From Raja brachyura (Eukaryota), in contig OY740806.1 in the NCBI GenBank assembly GCA_963514005.1, positions 19,468,001 to 19,532,000 of the forward strand: a stretch of 64,000 bases of DNA. The letters run 5' to 3'. Positions within the stretch are counted from its first letter, which is position 1. The number at the start of each line of letters is the position of its first letter. Position numbers and translations under genes: made by a program. Positions 51,937-63,718 of this stretch are shown here, in pieces. The notes beneath the pieces were generated by a model. It was not told where the DNA came from and searched no databases. It worked only from the letters and a program-made list of their open reading frames with translations.

Positions 51937-52383
51937 ATCTTCAGAGGCATTCTTCAGAGTGGTTTATGAGCAGGATAGATGTCTGAGAATCAGAATATCT
52001 GTGAGTTGTCTAAGATGCTTCATCCAAAATGTTGCAATACTATTCACTCAACTGAAGTATATGTCCAGCGGCAGTATAACTCCCTGATGCCCTCAGTTCT
52101 ATTACCACGTGTTCCACTCAGTGACTTCCAGTGAAAATGGCATCATCAGCCACTTTGCTTAATTTTGAATTATTGATACTTTCTCCACCCTGAAAGAATT
52201 ACTGTCAGCAACTCCTGTTAAGGCTTGTCAGTGTGCATTGTGGTGTGTATTGTGCTGATCCATCATGTGCTTAGCCATCAATTTTTTTTTTTTCCTACAA
52301 TTTGACACTTGGTACCTATATTTTTGATCCTTGCTGCTGATGTGTGGCTTTGAAGCAAAAAGACAATTGGACAAACACCCAAG

Positions 52384-52613
52384 TCAGGTTTCTCAACATT
52401 TTTCGTCCCATTTATCCCAGGCAACTTTAATAGCACATAACAATGTTATTTCACTTTTTTTATGAACAACTAATGAACAGATACCGGTATACCAGAACCA
52501 AACACAGTCAGTCAATGAAATAAATATGTACAAATCCAGAATCAACAAATGTGCCCCCTGGGTATGTGAAATTTACCCCCGGGGGTACATTTACCCCAGG
52601 TTGGGAACGCTTG
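52384..52613. mobile_element. Possible hAT-type MITE
   Basis: Termini caggtttctcaac ... ggttgggaacgcttg resemble hAT TIRs, with internal tttacccc repeats. No clean 8-bp TSD. Confidence 0.35.
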
Positions 52614-53205
52614 TGCTAAGTTCTGCCACCCGTATGTCATATTTCCATACAATGAAGAAAACCATTCGGTCCATTGGAACGATGCCAACACCCAGAACAC
52701 ATCCATCAATTCATACTCCCACACTTAACTCATAGGAAGAGATACAACAGCAATATTTATGAGGCATTCAGACAGACACAGGAACAGGCAGGGAATAAAG
52801 ATTTACGACCATGCACAAGAAGATGCAATTAGTTTAATTTGCCATCATGATCTGTCAGCAGACATTTAGTGCTGACGAGCCTGTTCCTCGATTCTACTTT
52901 TCTCTTCTGTAACTTATTCCCTCCCACACACCCATCAACTCCCCCTGATTTTCTTTTTGGCACCCAACTATAGTGGGTGCAATTTACAGCTGCCAATTTA
53001 TCTACCATCACAACTTCATGATATAGGAGGAAAATGCAGCAGACAGTGAAATCTTGCAAACTCTGCCCAGAAAGCACCTGAGATGGGACCCACATCTGGG
53101 CCGCAGGAACTGTGCAGTGTAATATTGGCTGGAACTAAGCATGATATGTATGCAATATTGCCACAATACCCTTTGTTGACTTGGAATCATAAAATGGACA
53201 TATTA

Positions 53206-54841
53206 AGCCCCTGTCCCACTTTTTTCAGCGACTACAGGCGAATAGGCTGTTGCCACATGGTCGCGGGGTGATGCCTGTATGGTCGTGAGTGGTCCCCTCG
53301 AGTCGCCTAAAGAGTCGTAACGTTTTTCTGGTCAGCGATGGATTTTGAAATACTCAACATTTTCCGTGACTGTGGGCTTCATAGAATCATAGAATCATAG
53401 AAAATAGGTGCAGGAGTAGGCCATTCGGCCCTTCGAGCCTGCACCGCCATTCAATATGATCATGGCTGATCATCCAACTCAGTATCTTGTACCTGCCTTC
53501 TCTCCATACCCCCTGATCCCTTTAACCACAAGGGCCACATCTAACTCCCTCTTAAATATGAACTGGCCTCAACTACCTTCTGTGGCAGAAAATTCCACAG
53601 ACTCACCACTCTCTGTGTGAAAAATGATCTTCTCATCTCGATCCTAAAAGACTTCCCCCATATCCTTAAACAGTGACCCCTTGTTCTGGAGTTCCCCAGC
53701 ATCGGGAACAATCTTCCTGCATGTAGCCTGTCCAACCCCTTAAGAATTTTGTAAGTCTCTATAAGATCCCCCCTCAATCTCCTAAATTCAAGTGAGTACA
53801 AGCAGAGTCTATCCAGTCTTTCTTCATATGGAAGTCCTGCCATCCTGGGAATCAGTCTGGTGAACCTTCTCTGTACTCCCTCTATGGCAGGAATGTCTTT
53901 CCTCAGATTAGGAGACCACCAAAACCCTGTACAACTGCAGTGGAACCTCCCTGCTCTTGTACTCAAATCCTTTTGCTATGAATGCAAACATACCATTCGC
54001 TTTCTTCACAGCCTGCTGCACCTGCATGCCTACTTTCAATGACTGCTGTATTATGAAACCCAGGTCGCTTTGCATCTCCTCTTTTCCTAATTGGCCACCA
54101 TTCAGATAATAGTCTACCCTCCTGTTTTTGCCGCCAAAGTGGATAACCTCACATTTATCCACATTATACTGCATCTGCCATGCATTTGCCCACTCACCCA
54201 ACCCATCCAAGTCACCTTGCAGCCTCCTAGCATCCTCCTCACAGCTAACACTGCCCCCCAGCTTCATGTCATTCGCAAACTTGGAGATGTTGCATTCAAT
54301 TCCCTCATCCAGATCATTAATATATATTGTAAATAGCTGGGGTCCCAGCACTGAGCCTTGTAGTACCCCACTAGTCACTGCCTGCCATTCTGAAAATGAC
54401 CCGTTTACTCCTACTCTTTGCTTGACGTAGCTTGTCTTCTCCTGTCTTAGGTGCTGTCGTAGGTTGCCGCCAGGATGACGCAGGTTGTTGCCAGGTGATG
54501 TTGGTTGTCGCCGGGTGCTGACTTTGGTGAATTCCATTGGCGACTACCTACGTCAACCTACATCAACCGGCGACAGGTACTAGCGACTGAATTATCTTCA
54601 GTTGTCGCCGACAGGGTCATTGCTTGTTATAGCTTGTCACCTGTGTGGTCGTAGATTGTCATAGATGGACATCCTAATGGGTCGCCAGTTGTCGGTAGCT
54701 TGCCATAGCTTGACATCGACTAGGTGGTAGGTTGTCGTAGCTTGTTGTAGACATTATCGTATGGGGGGGGGGGGGGCCTTGTCGCCCCTTTTTCGGCGAC
54801 TTGCTACAACTGTGACAACTCGTTTTCATGGGACAGGCCTT
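53206..54841. mobile_element. Related MITE (TIR cctgtccca) disrupted by a CR1 insertion
   Basis: tta|agcccctgtcccact ... tgggacaggcctt|taa. Internal gcctgtatggtcgtgag and ggtcg/cgac motifs are shared with 33726-34110. Confidence 0.7.
53380..54420 (-). mobile_element. CR1-like LINE, about 1 kb 3' portion with RT motifs, nested inside a MITE
   Basis: Minus-strand QRVGVNGSFSEWQAVTSGVLQGSVLGPQLFTIYINDLD...KFANDMKL (FADD degenerate)...; atagaatc tail repeats. Confidence 0.93.
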
Positions 54842-54854
54842 TAAGGTATAGTGT

Positions 54855-54857
<3 letters not shown>

Positions 54858-54886
<29 letters not shown>

Positions 54887-54892
54887 AGGGGG
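54858..54892 (+). repeat. Poly-G tract (a shorter one lies at 54763-54776)
   Basis: Direct reading. Confidence 0.9.
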
Positions 54893-54899
54893 AGATAAC

Positions 54900-55710
54900 A
54901 TCATCCTTGCATCCAGCTTATCAAACCATAGAGGAATCTTATAACGATCAAATATATACTTAGTCTACTCACCCTCTCTCCGTCTGGCAAAACTGTCATC
55001 TCTTGAACTAGTTTAGTGAATCTTTGCTGCACTCCCTCATCCTTTTTAGGTATGAAAGCCAAACAAGTACACCATACTCCAGGTGTGGCCTCACCAAGAC
55101 CTATAAACAGTATGTTTAAGAAGGAACTGCAGATGCTGGAAAATCGAAGGTACACAAAAATACTGGAGAAACTCAGCGGGTGCAGCAGCATCTATGGAGC
55201 GTAGGAAATAGGCAACGTTTCGGGCCGAAACCCTTCTTCAAACACCCTATAAACAGTACGTGTGAACTAATTTAAAAATTGACTCCAGCTGTTTAGGGCG
55301 ATTCCATCCTAAATCCATCTGTGTTTCCCACAGTCAAGAATTATTGGTTTTCGTTCCAGCGTAGCTAATGAAGGATTTCCTCATTACTGGGCTTAGAACA
55401 TTCAACAACACGGAACAGAATCAGGTCCTTCAGCTCACGATGTCTGTGCTGAACACAACACCAAGATAAATTCATCTCATCTGCCTGCATGTGATCCATA
55501 TCCCTCCATTCCTTGCGTATCCATGTGCCTATATAAAAATCTATTAAATGTCACTATCATATCTGGCTCTACCACCATCCCCGGCAGTCCATCCCAGTGA
55601 AAAAAAAACTTGCCTTGTGCATCTCCTTTAAACTTTGTCCTTGTGCCCATTTCACCCTCATGTCCCCTCCTCTTTGACATTTCCTCCCTGAGGAAAAAGG
55701 GTCTGAGTGT
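54900..55710 (-). mobile_element. Decayed CR1-like fragments (about 54900-55105 and 55395-55710) interrupted by a Penelope-derived mini-element
   Basis: Minus-strand EGVQQRFTKLV and KFKGDAQGKFFF..LPGMVVEPD. Confidence 0.65.
55113..55245 (-). mobile_element. Penelope pLTR-derived mini-element with 13-bp TSD
   Basis: aagaaggaactgcagatgctgg...cgtttcgggccgaaacccttcttca. TSD cctataaacagta on both sides. Confidence 0.85.
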
Positions 55711-56047
55711 CTTGATGAATGAAAATGAATTACTGATCAATGAATAAAGGGACACAGCTGTACAAATTGAACTGCAGGACAATAAATACAGTCTATGCCA
55801 ATGATCATTTTTAATATTTCTATGATTCATTTATAAGTTATGAAGCCATACCATTACAGCTTGCTGCAATCTACGTAGAACATTATTCTTCGATCGTACA
55901 GGTATTTATTTTCTCTGGAACTTTCTGCATTTTGTTGATCACGGTCAATGAATCACGGTGTGATGACAAATGGGAACTACACCCGCACATCAGGATGAAC
56001 AACAACTATGGAATGCCGTGCCTGCACAGACAAGATACATGATCATG

Positions 56048-56255
56048 TGTGTAAGAAGGATGCTGGTTGAAACCAAAGATAGACTCAAAAAGCTGGAGAA
56101 ACTCAGTGGGTCAGACAAAATCTCTGGAGAAAGGGAATAGGTGACGTTCTTCAGATTGAAGAATGGTCTCGAACCGATGCGTCACCTATTCCTTTTCTCC
56201 AGAGAAGCTGTCTGACCCACTGAGTTAGTACAGCTTTTTGTGTCTATCTTCAAAG
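56048..56255. mobile_element. Penelope pLTR-derived hairpin mini-element
   Basis: Arms aagatagac..aaaagctg...aataggtgacg / cgtcacctattcc...agctttttgtgtctatctt, flanked by catgatcatg on both sides. Confidence 0.8.
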
Positions 56256-57314
56256 CATGATCATGCCGAGAATGAAAATGTAGGTTCATTTCACATCAGC
56301 AATTCTTCCTTTTTACTTGAATATGCTGTGCAGAAGCTGTTTGAAGCTTAATGCTCAGAAGATGCCTCTGTCAGAAGTAGTGGTTGCATACTACTCTGAT
56401 TGTCATCACTATGGGTCACAATATTTACTCTCTGACCTCCGATAGCATGACATTTCTCCCTCTCACAACTTGCTGCACAGAGTGGCTCATGAAGAGGAAA
56501 CTGGGCCAACTGTCCCTTGAAATTATGGCTCTAATCAGGATTCCCTGGAACTACTACGTCGGTTCATGATAAAGACAAAGAAAGGAATGCTTGAATTATG
56601 TGGCTGCATTGTTTCCTTTTACTTAGAACAGGAAGGAGTGCATGGCACTGTTTCAAAGACCAGGGGAGTTTTATCCTGTGCTGTGGCCACAATTTGTCTA
56701 GCAATTCTGTGGGATTAGAGTGTAAAAGATACAAAGTACTGGAGTAACTCAGCAGGACAGGCAGCTTCTCCAGAGAACAGGGAAAGGTCATGTTTCGGGA
56801 CAGGAATCTTCTTCAGAATCAGGATGAGAGTAAAAGGGTGCCTGGTGTTCAACATGAACTTGGTGAGCTTGCTGGCCTGTTTACGTGCTGTATGACTCCC
56901 AGGCTCTAAGATAACTTGAGCACTTGGAACAAGTGATTGCCTGGTCATTATCACATTGCTGTTTGCGAGATTTTGACAAGTACAAATTGCCGACTGCGCA
57001 TCCTGGATTTGAACACTTCAAATACGCTCATGAACAATAATGTAGTTTGAAACTTTTTGAATTCATGATGGGATGAATTTAGTTGTAAATTTTAATCAAA
57101 ATCTAAATACAGATGTTGAAATTCTGAAAATAAAATATAAAATAATGGAAACATTCAAGTGGTCAGGCAGCATCTGTGGAAAGGGAAACAAAGTTTGTGC
57201 TTCAGGTTCAAGACTCTTTGACAAAACAGTTCTGTCACAGGATTTCTGACAGGAAGTGTTAACCGGTTTGCTTTCTCCAGATACTGGCCGATCTGCTGAG
57301 TGCTCCTGGCATGT

Positions 57315-57570
57315 ACTGATGGCACAGTGGCTCAGCTATTTGAATGTTGCTTTGCACCGCCAGAGATATAGGTTCAATCCTACCTGCGGGCAGTCTCTCT
57401 GTGACTGCGTGGGTTTTGTCCAGGTTCTCCGGATTCATTCCGTATCACAATGACGTGGGTTGGCAGGATAATTGCCATCTGTAAATTGCCACTAGTGTGC
57501 AGGTAAATTGTAGTAAGTGTGGGTGTTGGTGAGTAAGTGAGGAAATCCGTGCTGTATTTATTCTATGAGT
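57315..57570 (+). mobile_element. Decayed HE1/V-SINE-like SINE
   Basis: ggcacagtggctcagct...ggttcaatcct...gtgactgcgtgggtttt. Confidence 0.7.
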
Positions 57571-58523
57571 TAATGGTTTTTATTTTAAATGTAAACCGTC
57601 CTTATTTTGAAGGCAAAAATCCAAAGTGCATTAGAATTCACCTTATTTCAGTGCAACAATTTAAATGAACACTATCTTGAAATAAAGATACATAACACTT
57701 CACTTAAATTTGAATGCATTTTCACTGCTCCACTCCTTCACTTGTACCTGAGCAGCTTCATTCAATATAATGGTGGGTGAGATTGAAAGCTTATTTGGAA
57801 ATTGATTATTTCAGTCAGCCACTTGGCAAGTTCATCTTTCAACAGGAGATCTAAACACTAACAGCATTTTTTAGGTGTATTTCTAAAGTGACAATTGATT
57901 TTTTTTTTGTATGAACAATTGTGGGACCTGTACAATGGCTCACAAATTAAAAGAAAATTGCAGAGAGTCATCAGAGCAGAAATTGATCTCCCTTTGTATT
58001 ATTCACATGTTGTTCTTCAGGCTTTTGTTAATTGCTGCCCCCTCCATACTGTTGACTGATATGTCCCCACGTTTGAATGCCAGCACTTGAACAACAGAAC
58101 AAAAAGAGACTGAGAATCAAATCTTACAAAAGGTTAGGGTTATGACTGACTACACTTCCACGATGTCCTGTTTAATAGGTATCATGTTTCTTTGTAGAGA
58201 AAGCTGGTCATTACTTTGAACATCCTGACATCGGAAAATGCAACAAACTTTATCTGAGCTGAGTTCAGACCCATTAATTCTCATTTGAAACTGGAGCTTG
58301 CTTGTCTTCTCTCTGACCCTCTTGAGGGGAAGTTCACCTTTTGTTCTCAGCTTAATTTAAAGTTGCAGCAGAGTTGAACATCAAGGAGCAAGTTCCACCA
58401 ATGGTCAATATTATTCCACACACCAGTCACCAATGATCAATGATGAATTTCTCTCCCAGTGACTTCAAAGGTTTGTTTAATACCATCTAATGCTCATCCT
58501 GAAGCTTCATTTAGCCTCATGCA

Positions 58524-58815
58524 ATGATGTTTCCACTGGTGGGAGAGTCTGGGACCAGAGGTCATAGCCTCAGAATTAAAGGGCGTTCTTTTAGAAAGGA
58601 GGTGAGGAGGAACTTCTTCAGTCAGATGGTAGTTAATCTGTGGAACTCATTGCCACGGAGGGCTGTGGAGGCCAAGTCTGTGGATATTTTTAAAGCAGAG
58701 ATAGACAAATTCTCGTTTAGTTCGGGTGCCAAGGTTATTGGGAGAAGGCAGGAAAATGTGATTAGGAGGCAGAGATCAGCCATGGCCTAATTCTACTCCT
58801 ATAACTTGTAACTTG
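58524..58815 (+). mobile_element. CR1-like LINE 3' end
   Basis: MFPLVGESGTRGHSLRIKGRSFRKEVRRNFFSQMVVNLWNSLP; aacttgt tail repeat. Confidence 0.9.
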
Positions 58816-59399
58816 TAAAACAATGAAAGCCGGGATGGAGGTTAATGTGTTAATCAAACCTACTGGCGAATACTAACTATACTATAATACTACCTACTAA
58901 CTATACTATAAGTGACTGATCGGGCACGGGGAACAAAACTGGTTACATAATCAAAGGCAGGAGGAAGGAATTTGAGCAAGGATGTGACCAGATGCCAAGG
59001 GCTGGGAATATAGCCACGTGTGTAGACAGAACGGATGGCCTGCTTTGGATTGGGGTGTATTCAGCAGTGATTGGGAACTAGAGACTGGAGTGGAGTGAAC
59101 ATATAGCCAGGAGGTTTTAGTAAAGGACAGGAGAATGGTAGGAAGAGGTGGGAAATATATTCTGCACTTGAACCCTCATGTATGTATGGTTCGAGGAATG
59201 TGATAATTAGGAATGCAACAAGAAAAAAATCCACCCCAGGCTGTTCTGGATGCTAAGTTCTTTTGTTCATTGAAAAGGGAAATAATTTTGTATATTGAGG
59301 ATCAAAGGATGTGGTAATAGTGCTGGTAAATGGCCCTAAGATAGAAAATCAGCCACGATCTTGATGAATGCCAGAAAAGGCTTGATGAATTTAAAGGGT

Positions 59400-59680
59400 G
59401 TTGTTTGGCTTGGTTTAGTTTAGTTTAATTTAGTTTAGTTTAGTTATACAGCATGGAAATAGACATTTTGTCCATGCTAGTTCTATGTTATCCCATTTTC
59501 TCATCCATTCCCCACACTCTAGGGAAAATTTACAGAGGACCAATTAACCTACAAACCCGTACGTCTTTGGGATGTGGGAGGAAACCCACGCGGTCACAGG
59601 GAGAATATGCAACTCGTCAGCTACCCAAGATCAGGATCGAATCCGAGACTCAGGTGCTGTGAGGCATCAACTTTTGTGTG
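59400..59680 (-). mobile_element. HE1/V-SINE-like SINE with (TTTAG)n tail
   Basis: tttagtttag repeats followed by ccaattaacctacaaacc...caggatcgaatccg. Confidence 0.82.
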
Positions 59681-60190
59681 ATACACAGACTCATTCATAA
59701 AAATTCCCCTTAAAATACAAGATACCTGGAGATGTGAACAAGAATGCAGAACAGGGCAATCTACTGCCAGAGGGAGTGGTATAATTGTAGCAAAAGTAAT
59801 CAGCAGAAGACTATATGGGCCCAAGTGTTCAGGAATTAATTCAACCTGAACCTCAGCAAGGAATTCAATGTACAAGGAACAGTACTCATGAACAACTGTG
59901 GGGTAAAACTCCACCCAGAACTCTCCAAGCAACAACGGATAAGATGCTATTGGGACCTGTCACTGATGGAGCAATCAGTATGACATTCTAATTGCACCAG
60001 TTAAGGCGAGGACACCTCTCGTGTAGTATTTAGAAGACTGCAATCAGATGATTAAACAATGCAAACACGATTTCCTGCACAAGAAAGTAAATTATATAAG
60101 TTTGAAAGGAAATGAAAAGAGGCTTCTGGCAATTAATGAGAAATCTGAGGTGACCAACAGAGTAAACATCGGAAACATTACCGAGTGAGA

Positions 60191-61039
60191 TCCATATAAT
60201 TAAAAGTCTATTCTTGACCACTTTCTGTATTGCGCTGTATATTGATTTTAGAAGAAATGATACCACGTACGGCTGTGATTTTTGGTCATCTTACTTAGAG
60301 TCCCCCTCCGCTCATCAGGTGCTGAGGATGTTTCCCATCAATGAAAAATAAAGGAGTTATTAGTGTTTAAAAAATGTTGAGATTCTCTCTCCTGTCAATC
60401 ACGTCATGGAGGCCACGCCCCTCCGATGGGAGGGGGGAAGGACTATTAAACCCGGAAGTATGGGCATGGCTCAGTCTCTGCAAGATGGGGGAGGGAGAGG
60501 TCAGGACTCTCTGTCTGAGCTGTGAATCAAATGAACACGCTGAATGTCTACAGAACTGTGTGTGGTTTTATGTGGTTTTTATGTAGTTTTATCTGTGTTT
60601 TGTGGTGTTTTATGGGGTTTTATGGTGGTTTCGCCCTGCTTGAACTGGTATGGAACTGCATTTGAATTTGGTGGCCTTGCACCCTGCTTGAAATAGTAGG
60701 AAGCTGCATTTGAATTTGGTGGCCTTGCAACCTGCTTGAAATGGTAAGAAACTGCACTTGAATTTGGTGGCCTTGCACCCTGCTTGAAATTAATTTCAAG
60801 GAATAGCCGTGAGTCAACTGCCAGCCCACCAGCCGTGAGTGAGCTGCCAGCACACCAGGCTTGAGTGAATGAGCTGCCAGCCCAAGAATCCATTTGGCCC
60901 ACAATGTTCATACTAGCACTCCAGATGCTCCCCCACCCACTGGCCACCAATATTGTAATTCATGGAGAGGTGGAATATTGCGTTTGGGGACCAGCCCCCC
61001 CGTGTGAACATGGGACCCAACAGGTCCTACTTTGTCTAG
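60191..61039 (+). mobile_element. Non-autonomous Helitron
   Basis: 5' A|TCCATATAATTAAAAG; 3' hairpin tgggacc-caaca-ggtccta (61011-61029) then CTAG|T. Inserted between A and T with no TSD. Confidence 0.75.
60634..60790 (+). repeat. 48-bp tandem repeat, about 3.3 copies, inside the Helitron (a ~26-bp repeat x3 follows at about 60805-60885)
   Basis: Unit ccctgcttgaa.tggta.gaa.ctgcatttgaatttggtggccttgca. Confidence 0.9.
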
Positions 61040-61569
61040 TTCATTTCTAGATTTGATCCAATTCTATGCTTGATTTCAACCTGAACTTATCACTGTATTG
61101 ACTCACTTCAGCAAAAGTTAAAATAGATGAATTATTGTGGTGAATAACTGCAAAATGCATGTTGAGCAAAAGCCTCAGCAGCAAGTGGTATTTTGTGTAT
61201 TACCTTCAGGAGCTAGAATCTGCTTGCACACAGATTAGCCACTTTCCTTAGATTCTTTCAGAAAGTTACGGCTTATACATGGTGCACACTGACCGAAAGC
61301 AAACATGTTGCACTCAAATAGAGAAGGAGGTATAGGTGATTATATTAAGCATTGCAAGTTTTCATTCAACATCAGGGTTGCATAGTGGCGCAACTGGTAG
61401 AATTGCCGCCACTCAGTGCCAGAGACCTGGGTTGATCCTGACCTTGGCTGCTGTCTCTGCTGAGTTATGAACTTATGAAGATAAAACACCCCTGGCCATT
61501 TCCAGGCTGGGCTGCCAATGCAGCCGGCACCCCTTCCCTGCCCGCTTCCAGGATGAATACGAAAGCTCT

Positions 61570-62261
61570 GGGTGATTGTAGAGCAGAGGGATCAAGGAAT
61601 GCAGGTACATAGTTCTTTAAAAGTGGCATCACAGGTAGATAGGGTGGTCAAAAAGACTTTTGGCACATTGGCCTTTATCTGTCGTAGTGTTGAAAGGAGA
61701 AGTTGGGAGGTCATGTTGCAGTTATATAAGTCGTTGGCGAGGTCACATTTAGATATTGTGTTGAGTTTAGGGTATGCACCATGTTATTGGAAAGTTATTG
61801 TCATGCTGGAAAGGGTGCAGAGATGATTTACCAGGATGTTGCCAGGATTCGAGGGTCTGAGCAGGCTCGGAATCTATTCCTTGGAGTGAAGGAGGATGAG
61901 TGGTGATCTCATAGAGGTGCACAAAGTCATGAGAGGAATAGATTGGGTGAATGCACAGAGTCTCTTGCCCAGAGCAGGGGAATCGAGAACCAGAGGACAT
62001 AGGTTTAAAGTGAGGAGGGAAAGATTTAATAGTCTTTTTTTCACACGGATGTGGTCGATGTGTGGAACAAGCTGCCGGAGAGGTGGTTGAGACAGGTAAT
62101 ATCGCAACGTTTAAGAAACATTTAGACAGATACATGAATAGGACGTGTTTATAGGGATATGGGCCAAATGCAGGCAGGTGGGACTAGCTTAAGTGGGATA
62201 TGTTGGTCAGTGTGGGCCATTTGGGCTGAAGGGCCTATTTCCACACTGTATGACTCTATGA
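61570..62261 (+). mobile_element. CR1-like LINE 3' portion (subfamily B)
   Basis: EQRDQGMQVHSSLKVASQVDRVVKK...QLYKSLARSHL; GDLIEVHKVMRG...ESRTRGHRFKV; tail tgtatgactctatgac. Confidence 0.92.
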
Positions 62262-62639
62262 CAGGTCAGACCTACTGGCACCACCTCTGGCCCACACAGC
62301 TTTCTTGGCCACTTCCAGGCTGTGCCTGCCACTGCCACCGACTTTCACCTGCACTCTGGCCGCCCGCAGACTACAACCAAGGACTCCGCTGATACACTAC
62401 TTACCTCACCTGGATTGCAAGCCAAGTTACAGACTGAGCGTCTGAAGAAGAATCCTGACCCAAAACATCACCTGTCCACGGTCTCCCGGTTTGCTGTCTG
62501 ACCGGTGAGTTAATCCAGCACTTTCTGCCTTTTTGTGTATTAACCAGCATCTACAGTTCTTTGTTTTTACTACATGCACAAGGATACTCCCTGAATTGGT
62601 CACCCCTTACTTGGTTATAGTGGACAATCAGCATTAACG

Positions 62640-62918
62640 GAGATCAGAAGACATAGATTTAAGGTGAGGGAGGAAAGATTTAATAAGAACTTGAGGGGAA
62701 ATTATTTTTCTACATAGGGTGGTAGGTAGATGGTCGAGCTGCCAGAGGGCTTAGTTGACGCAGGTACTATCACAACATTTATGAAACAATTGGACAGGTA
62801 GATGGATAGGAGAGGTTTAGAGTGATATGGGCAGGTCGGATTATGCAGATGAGGCACGCTGGTCGGCATGGGTAACTTGGGCCAAATGGCCTGTTTTCAC
62901 GCTCTATGACTCTATGAC
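62640..62918 (+). mobile_element. CR1-like LINE 3' end (subfamily B)
   Basis: gacatagatttaaggtgagggaggaaagatttaa...tctatgactctatgac. Confidence 0.85.
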
Positions 62919-63121
62919 AACATTTAGACATTAAAAACATTTTTTTGGTTTTCGACATATGTTTCAGAATTTTAGATTTGGGAAAACAAAAAAATTGCAT
63001 CTTGGATCTTCTTTGCATTAATACCATTTAATTATTTAACAAGTTGCTCACCATTTACTCTTGGAGAATAAAGGACATCAATTGAGCTCAGAATCAGAAC
63101 TACATGTCTATTAATCTGTTT

Positions 63122-63718
63122 ACATAGAAAAATAGGTGCAGGAGGAGGCCAGCACCGCCATTCATTGTGATCATGCCTGATTGTCCGCTATCAATAACCC
63201 ATGCCTGCCTTCTCCCCATATCCCTTGACTCCACTAGCCACTAGAGCTCCATCCAACTCTCTCTTAAATCCATCCAGTGATTTGGCCTCCACTACCCTCT
63301 GTGGCAGGGAATTCCATTAATTCACAACTCTCTGGGTAAAAAAGTTTTTTTCTCACCTCAGTCTTAAATGACCTCCCCTTTATTCTAAGACTGTGGCCCC
63401 TGGTTCTGGACTCACCCAACATTGGAACATTTTTCCTGCATCTAGCTTGTCCATCCTTTTATAATTGTATATGTTTCTATAAGATCCCCCCTCATCCTTC
63501 TAAACTCCAGTGAATACAAGCCTAGTCTTTTCAATCTTTCCTCTTATGACAGTCCCGCCATCCCAGGGATCAGTCTCGTGAACCTACGCTGCACTGCCTC
63601 AATCACAAGGATGTCCATCCTCAAACTGTATTGTGTACAGTTTAGGAGACCTAAACTGTACACAATACTCCAGATGTGGTCTCACCAGAGCCCTATACAA
63701 CTGCAGAAGAACCTCTTT
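63122..63718 (-). mobile_element. CR1-like LINE 3' portion (subfamily A)
   Basis: Reverse complement of the 28819-29199-type sequence, extending into the RT C-terminus. Confidence 0.9.

Noticed and set aside
53908-54537. 209-aa minus-strand ORF as a novel fusion protein
   Set aside because: It is a chance fusion of MITE sequence with a CR1 RT fragment. The catalytic FADD motif has decayed to FAND.
54674-54904. Poly-proline ORF
   Set aside because: An artefact of the poly-G tracts.
60634-60885. CRISPR-like array or repetitive protein ORFs (60579-60950)
   Set aside because: These are head-to-tail repeats with no unique spacers and no cas genes, in a eukaryotic context inside a Helitron.
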